64,000 nucleotides of DNA from Perkinsus chesapeaki ATCC PRA-425. Lineage: Eukaryota; Protista; Perkinsozoa. Each line of letters begins with the position of its first letter. The first letter of the stretch is position 1. The stretch covers positions 124,001 through 188,000 of the forward strand of contig JAAPAO010000006.1 in the NCBI GenBank assembly GCA_013115145.1, in the 5' to 3' direction. The notes beneath the pieces were generated by a model that saw only the letters and a list, made by a program, of their open reading frames with translations, was not told the origin of the DNA and did no database searches. Below are positions 52,559 through 64,000 of this stretch, piece after piece. A program made the position numbers and the translations under genes.

Positions 52559-55500
52559 TCACTCAGCCGGACTCCCGTTCAAGCTTCCCAGTTCAATGTC
52601 TCTTACGCCCACACTAGGATACATAGCGCGACCAATATCAGCCGACGGCGTGCCTAACAAAGCAACAGGAAGTCTTGAGAAGCAGCTCTGAAGACCAACA
52701 TACGTTCGTCAGGCATCTCAGATTTGCTCCGCTTAACCCGTCGACTTGGGAACACCCTCCACCCAGAAGAGGCGGTGCTGGATGCTGTACCACGTGCAGG
52801 GCTGCTACTGCCACTGAGAGGGGCCGGCGAGCCTTCGTAAACAGACTCGGTAGCGCAACACCGCCGAGCCAGCAACGCGCCGAAACCACAGCTGAGCAAC
52901 TAAAACACAGTAGATTAAGTCGACGCAGTTGGCATAGTCCTTACCACAAGAGCTATGACTATATATATGCTGACGTTCATGTTCGGCATGCGAGGACTCA
53001 AGGACGCTCTCACTACACCCCCCAGGTCTTCCTGTTTTAATACAGGGCTCTCGCATGTTGGACAGCTCGAAACACGTGGCTGACTTCGGGCAGGTATCGA
53101 AAATGATTTCAGTACAGCGCCGGTTTCGGATTCGATAAAATCAGTGACCAAACCAGAACCTGTACACAGCCCATACGCCGTATAGTATATGGTGGGGACA
53201 AACGACCACACGTCGATATCATCGATAGCTTCCCAGGCTGGATAGTCTTTCGATGGCTGAGGCGATCCGTTATCTAGTAAACTCACTTGTAGCAAGATGG
53301 CGCGTGAAACCATGTACATTCCCCTGAGACCAAGCAACTCGCTTGTGGTCAGGGTTATAATTGGTCTGCCGTTCTTTCGATGCCGCGCCCGATACAACGA
53401 ACGAAAGCGTGTCCTCTTGGAGCCACTGCAAATCGTGATCGTGGCCAGCAACATAAAGGTCAACCGAGTAACTGAGGGTCATAGTGGCTAACGAAAGAAG
53501 ACATGTTGTTGCTACCGTTTGAGTAAGGGGAGAACGTCTCGCACCATGTGATCGTTGTCACCATGCCAGCCAACGCTATAAACGGGATGATGGCCGAACA
53601 CTACGATGAACCTGAAGAGAAATTTAATCATTAAATTTCGTTTTTCACCCACGGAAAAACGAGGAATACTCAACTTGTGTACATTCAACCACATCAAGTA
53701 AGATACGAATGACGGTAAATCTACGATGACCTACGTTGCTTGCTGGCACTCGTCGGATGCTAGGCGAGCGCGCAAAAACCTGAGCTGCCCTTCTTGATAA
53801 AGGTCTTGTGTATCGATGAACACCGCACAAACCGAAACTAGTAGACCGCTACGGAAAATCGGCGGGCTGAAATACTTCCCCGGCATTTGCCATCGGCCGG
53901 AAGGATTCACTCGAGTTCGAATCTGACGAGACGAGCTGCAACAGGGACTATGCTGCACCGGCCTCACCATTTGTGCTGTAGCGTCTTGACGATAGTCATG
54001 GTTGCCGAGCACTGCGTACCACGGTAGATTGGAACCAAAATCCATATGTTTCTCAAAACTGAGCAAAACCGCCACATAAAACTTCGGAGTTTATTCTGCC
54101 ATAGAGAGCTGGCCAAAACTTGAGTCTTACGTGTCCTCGAATTGTGAGTCGTCCAAGCCGGACACACCATTCTCGTAGAAGTTATCTCCAATCAAGGCAA
54201 TGAATTGAGTCGAAGCGGACCAAGGCCGGGTAGCCAGCGTCGATTTCAACTAACGCCAAGAAAGATTCTATTGTAAATGGCTGCATGTCTAACCATTTTG
54301 GAAGTTGCAGATAACCCTCCGGTCACGTCACCCCAGTCTCCTAGCGATAAAAATCCGATGGATTGATCACGTACTTTAGCGGTTCGACGATCTTGCCGGG
54401 GGGGTTGAGTCTGGTAAAGAGATAACCGAAACAAAAAGAATAGGCTCCGACACCTACCAAGGTGTGGATCGTACTGCCGTTGTCACCGCTGACGAATCGA
54501 GTTACGAAATTGCTTTCATCCATAGTGTGCTCGCAGAATCCGTTAACCATACCCTGTGACCATTTGGACCTTTTTGGATCAGGATCTGACAATAGCGAGC
54601 AATGGACCGCCAACTTGAACGTAATGAATACTCTTTCCAACTGGCTCTTGTCGACTTCCAGCGCCACAAATTATCTGGACTATGGATGTTCCGCTCTCGG
54701 GCGCTCCACCGTTGGCAGTTAAAACCTGTCGGTTAGAAGCTCCATCGGAAGCATTTACACAACTCCGTTGAGAGAAGTCGCGTAGACGATTGACAAAAAT
54801 GTTTTACTCACTTGCATGTCATGATCATGCCCAGAAATGTACGCGTCCACCTTGGCTTTCTCAAATATAGGCATGATGTTATCTGTCACACAGCGTCGAA
54901 CCAAGTCGGCACACAGAACCGCCCTTACCGATGACAGTTTGGTTTTTTCCATGGTTACCGATACTGTATGCAGGAACATGCGACACGGCCACTAGCCATG
55001 TAGCGTTCTGTGCTTCTCCAGAAAGAAGAGTCCTGAACGAAGAAATGTAAGGGATTTACAATCCGAGCAACGAGGAGAGGGGAACCATAGAGCCTTACCC
55101 GCAATCGTAGTGCTATAGAATATGTTTTAATATTGTTCACAAACATTAGATTAGGTGGCTTCTCCATATTTTTATGTGGGATACACGAAAAAAACCATGC
55201 CATTGTTAAAGATTTTTGGTGTATTTGGTAAATGTATTTGGTGCCCTGGTGAATTACCAGGGTACTTCGTTATAACCAGAACTCGCATATTCAGTGTTCC
55301 AAAGAATAGTTCCACTATACGATGGACAATACATCACAGTCATGCCTACGAGCTTGAGGAACCTCACCTTTCTAGCCAGCCCAGTTGCTTCTCGTCTTTA
55401 GTGAATCGCCAAGTGTCGAAGAATACGAAGAAGGCGTACTCCTTCTCTTGTGGATCCTTGTCATTATAACCGAAGTCAACGCGAACACTGTACCAGTAAG

Positions 55501-56312
55501 CAGGCATTTTCCATGTTCCTACCGAAACGAAAAGCATAACAGCGACTAGGACCGACGGGAAGATTGCACTTAGTTACACCGGGGAACCCGGATCAGTGGA
55601 TCATTATCCGTAGTCACTCACCGTCCCTCTATTGGCATGGCCCAGACCCAGCCTCCCAGTCCTACCTCCATAGTCATAAGCAGAATGGAGCAGTTGTGCA
55701 TCTGCACTTTTCCGATAGTCATGATTGCCCAACGTAATGTACCACGGTATAGTATTTAGCGGTGATCTGCTCTCAAAGACCTAGGTCCAACAGATACCAA
55801 CGAGTACTAGATGATTCGTTCTACCTCGTCGAAGATACGCTTGAATCGGTCGTCCTGCCGGTCTTTCACTCCATCTTCGTAAAAATTGTCGCCCAATGAT
55901 GCAACGAACTCAACTGGATGGTCTGTAGCATGGAACTATGTCGGGCGTGGCTCTTGTAGTCTACAGCCTACCCAATGTTTTTTGTTGAACTATTGAATTC
56001 ATTTGTTGTGCGTTTGCTGATGCTCGACTGGTGTCTTGGTCACCCCAATCGCCGATACTCAAGAAGGTAAAACCCCGAGGGTCCGCAGATTCCAACTAAT
56101 AATGAGAAACCACATTCACAGTTCAACATATTGGTTGGCGAACCGAGGATTATCGCAACATATTCTATGTTGACAAGCATTTACAGAATAGCATCCCGCC
56201 CTAGTCCCAGCCATACTACCCTATCAGTTAATAGCCGGTTACTGTCGTGGCCAGCACCGGCTGCTAATATCAACAAAAACAGATGAACGAAAGCTTCTCC
56301 GAGGAGTCTCAT
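52559..56312 (-). CDS. Type I membrane protein with two tandem purple/tartrate-resistant acid phosphatase (ACP5-like metallophosphoesterase) domains
   Basis: Signal peptide MRLLGEAFVHLFLLILAAGAG. Domain 1: GDWG, GDNFY, GNHDY, VAVSH, GHDH. Domain 2: GDWG, GDNFY, GNHDY, VFGHH, GHDH. An in-frame 47-nt intron (54411-54457) links them. TM segment VSIYIVIALV|LLSCGFGALLA, then RRCC and a cytoplasmic tail. Confidence 0.85.
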
Positions 56313-57759
56313 GAAAACATCGAGCGAAAACTGCAGAGAGTAGTTTCGTTTGGCTGTATCGTAGAGGGGTTCAAATGACCCAAAGGCAAACCTCCGAGGT
56401 CAACTGGGACCTAAGGGTGGAGACTGGCTGCGAGAACCTCCTCAGAATTAACCCATAATAGAACACAATACTATGGAAAGTAGTGATACACAGCACCGTT
56501 TGGCCATCGAGTAGCATTAATGATGCTCGGTACAGGGTCCGGGAAGAGTTGGCCCTGTCCTGCCGAAATTATACTAGTTAATCTCACTTCTACTACTTCA
56601 ATAGCTGGCAGCAGTGCTTGTACAAGTATCGCAATGGTGAGGATGATAATGTTATCGACATTAGTGCAGACGCAGAGATGAGGCGTTTATCAACCCAGAG
56701 GCATGCAAGACGACGCGTTTCCACTAATAGCGAATCGGTCAAGTTAGCATGATGTTACGAGATGCTCCATTCGGCGGGCAGAATAGAGTGATATTAATAC
56801 AGAATATAAAGAGAAGTGAATGTAAACTATGCTTCTGCCTCGTGTGGTGGAGTAATGAGACAAAACAAATAGAGGGTCGACAGTCCTCACCGACCTCCGA
56901 CGGTCTTCTACTCGTTACCGTCTAGTATGAAGCTGGATGATAACAATCTAATCACAGTACGAAGCGCGGCAATAGTATCCTACAACAGCATGATTATAAA
57001 AACAGACATCATAAAAGCCTACCTATTCCACTTGGTTCTTACGCCCGCATAATGGTCCAAACAACTTGTCGAAAAAATTTGGCTTCGAACGATGACCTGA
57101 ATCAGCGATTTCTTAGTGATCCATTAGGATAAAGCATGCAGGGATGCGCAATACGCTGAGGCGAGCAAGGATTACCTCCGTTATGTTGGTTAACGGCATT
57201 CCCAGCAACTCTGTCTGTACCCGACCTATCCCCCCGCCGACCATCAGCGTTCAAATGTGCGGTATCTAAAAAGAGAAGGGCGCTGAAAAGCTGCGACACT
57301 CGCTATAAATATAGAAAATTTTCTCCATCTGTGACTAATGTGAGTAGCCTCCAATCAGCTCCGTCAAATATGTGCAATATGTTATATTGGTGCGAGCATT
57401 CTTATATTTGTCATACACGAACGTGATTCAACCAGATCCCTCAAACTACCTCCAGCCGAAGCCATTCCAGTTCCGTCCTCCCTGAAGGGAATACGACTGT
57501 TGATAAGGACTCCTGTGACTTCATATTACCTCAACTGATCTCGTGTTCGAGGCTGTGCTAAACGATGGTCTGAACGCCGCTTATCCGCCTAAAATGATCA
57601 ATGATTGGCGAACGTATGGCAAAAGAGGGGAAAAGTGTACGATTCAGAGAGATCAATGCCAAGGGCTGTCACCCGCCGCCTGCATGCTGAAAGAAGCCTG
57701 AAGACCCCCACTGACGATTGCGAAGTGAAATGCCGAACAAAGGATGAGTCAGTTATCGC

Positions 57760-59636
57760 TTATAGAGTGTTTACTACCATAGAATCCTGATTAATTAGTC
57801 TCTGACCATGAGGCATGCTTCGAGAGCTTCCAGAATAGTTTAACTGAGTCCAATCGAAGATACCATCATTTTGGAAACCTGAACGGCTACTCAAGGAAGG
57901 GAGCGACGATGTGCAGTCTACCTTCTCGCATGAAGAGATCCTTGAACAGCCGTCTAAGATACGCATAATCTGGTCTATCCTCGAACCGTAATGCTCTGCA
58001 ATAATTCAGGTATGTCGCGAACTCTGATGGATATCCTTTTGTTAAAACCTAATAGTGAGAGAAGGCCAATAGTGAAGATGAGTGGAAACAGGTCAACAAC
58101 GCAACTACTACACTAAGGGCGATAGCCGCCAATATAGCCCCCATCGTATACAACACTATTATATAACTAGAGCATATCCTCCGTAGTATTCACAGAACAT
58201 TGGATTTCGAGATATTTTGAGGTAAACCAAATATTCTTGTTTTGACGCAAATTAGTTTTGTGACCAGCAGACTCGTTTTTTGGACATGGCGAGAACTACA
58301 ACTCCCACGTATACCAGCCACGCGTTTTATTACTTCAACAGGAGTGGACATCTTCTTCTCCATAATCTTATGATATTTCTCTTGCTTCGTATTGGCCTTT
58401 ATGCCCTGCCAAGGTAGCGATCCACGATTGAAATACATCAGCACCTGATGAACTCTCCATACCCCATGCCACACAGCTCCATAAACCCGACTCTTACATA
58501 TCCTATCGCTTCCAGATCATCCCTTCTCGACTGTTCTATGCCGAGGTGGGCATTGATGCTGGCATATCGGGCGGTTCCCGTCAAATTTTTATTCTCTCTA
58601 TAGGGGATGTGTTGATGAGTTTTAGGATCTCGGTACCTGCATTAAGGATAGAGCTCACCCAAGTACACAGCATTAGATACTGAATACATGCGACTGAAGC
58701 CCTAGGACAAGCTTAACAATAAGCGGTATCAAATAAAACAAGTGAATATGAGAGTTCTTGCGGATTTCTATTACGAATGGGCAAAAGACTATGTACTGCC
58801 GTGCTCAAATTGATCCTTGTTGAGCGCTAGTGACTGACTTTCAGAACTCTTAGAACGCTAATACACCGTTTGTTCTCAAGAAGGTCGGAACGGTCCCTCG
58901 GACTGATCTACGTTTGACCCACTGCCTTGATAGTTAGCTAACGAGCTTACTTCTTAGCGAGACCGAAATCTATTAGATACACTGTGCTCGCTTTCTTCCC
59001 TCGTCCGATCAAAAAGTTATCTGGTTTAATATCACGATGAATGAAGTTCTTCGAATGCAAGTACCTAACCAAAGACGACGATGTTCTGATCCTGAAGGTA
59101 CCACGCCTCTAGTACTCTATTCTATGTAACATTTGATCAGCCAGCATTAGAACTGTCTTCAAGCTAAACTTTCGATTGCAAGTGTTAAACAGATCCTCCA
59201 GGCTTGGGCCAAGAACATCCATAATCAACACATTATACTCTCCCTCGACATCACAGTAATGTACCTGCCAAATGTAGCAGTAATACAATTTCCCTGTTCC
59301 CCATTCCCAAGTACATTGGCGATTCCCGGACCGCCTTGCAGATGTTTCAACAGTTTCGCTTCATATAATAGTTGTGGATGTTTCGACTTCGCGCTTTCCA
59401 ATTTCGCGGCGACCTAGCAATACACAAATTTGAGTCAGATGATGTCCAGGGAGATACCTCTTCTCCTGTCTGTACATTAACGGCCAGGAAGATCTCGCCG
59501 AAGGAACCGCTGCCGAGCTTTCGGCCTACACGAAACGGAATAGGAAGACCACGCGCCTCCCTACAGTACTACCCAACGCGTAAAGTCCTCCGATGCGGGT
59601 TTCGGCCGGTAGCGGAGACTGCGAAGAGCCACGCAT
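57760..59636 (-). CDS. CK1: Casein kinase 1 (delta/epsilon-like)
   Basis: L|[80 protein letters not shown] and LPWQG. Confidence 0.97.
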
Positions 59637-59979
59637 GTTTGAGGTTGAACACCAACTGCTGCAAGGGAATACACAGCGGATACTGGCCCATCCTGTCGCA
59701 TAATACTGCACGCTGAGATTTATTCCCGCTAGAACTAGTTAACTTAGATTAGACTAACACCAAGAAATAGATACACCACGACTAGCAACTCACACCCTCT
59801 GCAGTCTATGGGAACCCAAGACAATTGTACCAACAACATAAGAATGTTAACAGTACTTCATGTTTCTAAAATGCCGGTCGTGGTGCCCGCCCATTATATC
59901 GCTTAGGAAGAGGACTGGAGTCAAGGACTCCCATGGGAGTCCTGATGGCCAAGAGTGCTTTGCCTGAAAGCTTGAGTAG

Positions 59980-60381
59980 TCAAGAATCACTGCTGATTTG
60001 ACTACTAGCACTCCCTTCAGCGGGAAGCGTTTTCCTCCTCGGGCGCGGGTTCACTGATGGCGTAAAAATCCTGGCTTCCACAACCGGATGAAACTGTACC
60101 TCCGTCGGCTTAGGTGGTACCTGAGATTTGTATAAGCCACAGCACGACCTCTTACCGCTTACCGGTGTACCAGACCCCTCCGAACCAGTGACAAGTTGCT
60201 CCTTCAGTTTCATCTGAACAACTTCCCCATCCTTTGACCCGTTTTTTCCTGGTGTCGGCTTCCCCGTGCTATTGGTCTTCCACGCTGCTATGGGGAATAT
60301 CCGACTGAGAGGAGTCCCCAGCGAGGGGACGGATTCCTCGGTTGCACGGCGGTCCGACACTCTTGGAGAATTGTGCGGCAC
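59980..60381 (-). CDS. Hypothetical low-complexity ORF
   Basis: 133-aa Ser/Pro/Lys-rich ORF. It may be a terminal exon. Confidence 0.35.
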   Translation of the reverse strand: MPHNSPRVSDRRATEESVPSLGTPLSRIFPIAAWKTNSTGKPTPGKNGSKDGEVVQMKLKEQLVTGSEGSGTPVSGKRSCCGLYKSQVPPKPTEVQFHPVVEARIFTPSVNPRPRRKTLPAEGSASSQISSDS

Positions 60382-61550
60382 CTAACAGCATGCACTTTAA
60401 AATCAAGAAGCCGGTCTAAAAGCACACTAATATGTCACCGGCAATATTGCAAACATCGTTCACTAGTTTACTTAACGCCAATGAGCCATTTTACCTTTGA
60501 ACATAATTGGCCAAGCAGGAGGCATCTCATCCGGAAGCTGTCATCGGATACAATAAAAATGCTTTCGACTGGCAACATCACCCCACCAACAAAAAAAATC
60601 CACATACCCGAGCGTGGACTGACGGTCTCGGTTTAACGTGCAAAGGGCATGGCGTCGTTACTGGACCTTACGTCCGAGAAGGATACGAAGATTAGAGATT
60701 TAATTAGCCATATACGAACAGATATGTAAGCCGTTCTATGGCATGTCCCGAAATAAAAACTGCGTAATTATCGAATATTGAGCAACATGGATTTGAGAAT
60801 CGCTCGTTTCAGAATTGTATCCTCGGCATATAGGCACTAAGTTTTAGTAGGCAGATCTTGCTCGTCTGTAATAGTCTGAAACCAAGGTACACCTCCTTTA
60901 ACTACCCCTACTACTCGATGGATGTCGCTCTCCTGCGAAGGATTCGAAAAGATGAGCGTCAACTTGAGGATGAAAGGATACCACCGCGGAACGATCGCTA
61001 ATGTTCGAGTGAAACTAATGAAGTTAACAAATACGACAAAGCACTTCTGAATTCGGGTTACTAGGTACCTCTCCTCGAAACCGCCGCAACTGGCGTTCCC
61101 AGTGATCGTTTAGCATTAGTTTGTCGACTCTGTTTCGCCATATCCTTTCCAAGGATCCAGAATCATCGTGGGATCTCCACCTAGGCAGAACATTGTAAAG
61201 GCGGCTCATTTGACCGCTGGAACTGCTCATCGGCAAGGTGGAAAGCATCGAAGAGGAGCTCATCCCCGGTAATGTGTGGACCTAGCAAAAATTTAACGCT
61301 TAGCCATTACGCATATTCTCTTCACCTGCTTTTTACAGCGTTTACTTCCATTTAAGCACACCGGCCGGGGGAAAAGCCTCAACAACGACTTGAGTCGAGA
61401 ACAATATGGTAACATGTGTCGATACAATGGTTATTATCTTAACATAAGCTGATTCATAGGAACCCACCTGCTTTTGTCTCAGATCTCTGGGCGTGCGCTT
61501 TTCCCAGATCGGGCGCAAGGTTGGTGGATTGTTCATCGTTTCTCTCGAGT

Positions 61551-62612
61551 ATGGTGGCACAGGTAGCAGAAAATACTGATGCCCAAAGAAAAGCAGCGGA
61601 TTCCCGAACGGGATCGGAAGTCTATCTTCATGTGTAAGTCTCGTATCGATCAAGTAACACTCTAGCAGCTAACACGTCCCTGTTAACTAAAACCACTTCT
61701 CAACCGACTGTGAAACTGAATTCCGAAGACCAATTCTAGATTCAACCATGAGAAGCTTTCAGCAGCTTGCGTGGAACTATTTTTCAGATACGACCTGTCC
61801 GAAAACTCTAAATGGCTCGCTGACGAGTTCTCCCTGAAGTAAACCTTGCGTATCCAGGATATGCCGAAGCATCGTGATCCTTTAGGGACTATAACTGTGG
61901 AGCATTTCATACCGGAGTGGAGGTCTATGGTATGGAGTACGTTTTCCAGTACTATGCTAATGAGGTAACTTTTCGCTTTTTCCGATATGTACGTATCCTT
62001 TTTTCTTCCGTGTCAGCCCGATAACGATCAACTCTCGGGTATCAGCGCGCAGATTCCAATGTCAAATACGGCGTATATCTACAGAACGACAGTGAGCTCG
62101 GGTTCAGTGGATTTATCATTTCAACTATTTAATGTGGATGGTTCGTTTTTTCCATTCTCGGCATGTTCCTTGCGTCTTCTCAACTAACCAGTCTTATTTC
62201 TCTTCGTAGATTGATATGGGCTGGACTCACTACAGTAACGATGAAGTGCATCAAATTATCTACCAGGAAATGAAACCTCAATGGATTCACAATACCTATC
62301 ATATCACGAAGAAAAACTGCGTAGGTTATTCGTTCCCGAGCCATGACTTCATGATTCGCAAAGGTCCACTTCGCTGAGGCCCTTTGCCAGCGCCTCGGCG
62401 TTAAAGACGTGCCCGATTGGGTATTCGGAGCAGCGAAGACCGCTGATGAAACGAGAGGTATCTCTGGTTTGGCTGATGCCGCTTGGAGAGCAATTAAGTA
62501 TTGGAATGCTTCCTACTATGCTGAGAGCGAGGACAGCACAGATCGTGAAGATGCAGACCCCGAGACCACCACGGTCACGTTTCCTTACCACGAAAAAGCC
62601 TCTCGCGGTTAG
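61551..62612 (+). CDS. PPPDE/DeSI (peptidase C97) deSUMOylase/deubiquitinase-like protein; may extend further upstream
   Basis: SEVYLHV|YDLSENSK, FHTGVEVYGMEY and TYHITKKNC|VHFAEALCQRLGVKDVPDWV show the His/Cys catalytic dyad motifs of the family. Confidence 0.85.
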
Positions 62613-62765
62613 TTGCACTAACGTGCTTCAAGTTTTGTACACTAAACCTACTGAATTCACCAGCGCAGTGGAGTTTCAGTTTCGTGTTTTTGTTGGGATT
62701 TTTTCTCCTTTGACTTCGGGTAGTGAACCTTTCGTAGTATCATCCTGTTCACCTCTCCTTGAGGA

Positions 62766-64000
62766 ATGATGGACGCCTCTTTCTCTTCGGAGCCAAATAA
62801 AAATTCCAAAGTCGTTGTTGACGTTGGTAGTGATAATGATGAAAAACTAAGACTCTGCTGGCCACTAATCTTCTACATGGGAGTGGTAATATTCAAGGTT
62901 GGCCTCTCCCTGTGGTGAGTGTTCTCATCAGTGCCATCTCCTGGCTGTTTATTGTGTGATTAATCTCTTCACCAGTGAGACACCTACCATGCTCTGGACC
63001 TACCTCTGGGCGGTGAGGTCGTGGACTTTTATCAGTTTGTTTTATTTCCTATCTTTCAGGTGGTACTATGGTTCATTTCCGGGTTCGGTATTACCGCTGG
63101 AGCTCACCGTCTCTGGGCTCACCGTTCCTACAAGGCGGGATGGATAATGCGCAGTATACTAATGATCTGTAACAATTCCGTTGCTTGGGTGATGTTTTTA
63201 TCTTTCTTTTCCAGTCAGCAGCATCGCCAACGAGGGTACGGTCTTGAAGTGGGCAAGAGAACACAGGGTAAGAGTGAATTCCAGGTGCTTCATCACAAAT
63301 AGTTTCATTCACCGCGGATCTCATATAGCGAAGAAGCACTGGTGTTTGTCCAGAACGTAACATTGTCAGGTGCATCATTTGTACACTGACACTCCTGCTG
63401 ATCCTCACAATTCCAAGAGAGGATTCTTCTTCTCACATGTTGGTTGGTTGCTGGTAAGCGGCAAAGGAAAATATGGTGCTGATTCTTCGCGAAACTCAGA
63501 CTCACACACCAAAGAAGGTTGCCGAACGTGTAGAGAAAGTCGGCGTTCAAGACTTGTTAAATGATAAAATCCTGGCTATTCAAAGCTGTACGAAAGTCGG
63601 GTACTATCGGTGAATCTAGCATCATGTTCTCAGCTCTGGATCCCTGGTGGAACCTAAGCTGGTGCTTCATCGTAAGTTAAATTCATCTTTTCGAGTGGCA
63701 ACTTCGTTCATCCTCAGTTTCCGACTGTCGTCGCCTGCTACTTCTGGGGAGAGAGTGCCAAGAACGCCTTCCTTCTCGCCGGGGTGTTTCGCTACTGCTT
63801 TGTGAGAGCATCCGATAGACGGATATGTATGTTGCCTACTAGGTGCTGAATGCTACATGGGCGGTCAACTCGGTGGTTCACAGATGGGGGCCTCGGCCTT
63901 ATGATAAAACGTCTTTGACTACGGAGAATCCCTTCGTAAGTTAACCAGTATGACGCATACTGTATGAGTGCTGTTACGTGTCTCCCGCTACTTGTTTTTG
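62766..64000 (+). CDS. SCD: Delta-9 fatty acid (stearoyl-CoA) desaturase, 3' end runs off the window
   Basis: His boxes GITAGAHRLWAHRSY and WAREHR|VHHLYTDTPADPHNSKRGFFFSHVGWLL, plus LNATWAVNSVVHRWGPRPYD. Confidence 0.95.

Noticed and set aside
54341-54667. ORF suggesting phosphatase domain 1 ends as a separate gene
   Set aside because: Its last part reads through a typical 47-nt intron. Splicing gives an in-frame fusion to domain 2, which lacks its own start and signal peptide.

Overview
This is a gene-dense, intron-rich eukaryotic window. Most introns are short GT-AG introns of about 35-60 nt, so the ORF track only catches exon fragments. Gene content and protein style (CDPK, NRAMP, alveolate-type Rab1, CK1, SKP1) point to a myzozoan alveolate, most likely Perkinsus; this is an inference, not a database match. 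I assembled genes by hand from exons: CDPK, CCT3, a glutaredoxin-like gene, Rab1, a sphingosine/ceramide kinase, a DUF167 protein, an EF-hand protein, an MFS transporter, Spt4, three ankyrin paralogs, COA4-like, FYV7-like, a UCP/OGC-type mitochondrial carrier, NRAMP, a divergent SKP1, a two-domain purple acid phosphatase, CK1, a DeSI/PPPDE peptidase and a delta-9 desaturase, plus tRNA-Trp(CCA) and tRNA-Ser(AGA). Most notable points: (1) genes lie in long single-strand blocks (minus 1-2.2 kb, plus 2.6-36.7 kb, minus about 36.9-60.4 kb, plus about 61-64 kb); (2) one type I membrane protein appears to fuse two intact purple acid phosphatase domains; (3) most of the rare long introns (100-410 nt) I examined hold a nested tRNA, strong hairpins or snoRNA-like box motifs; (4) the SKP1 paralog lacks the hydroxylatable proline; (5) there is a Harbinger-MITE-like ACGCGT cluster and an approximately 106-nt foldback. 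Gene ends and all RNA structures were read by eye and are approximate.
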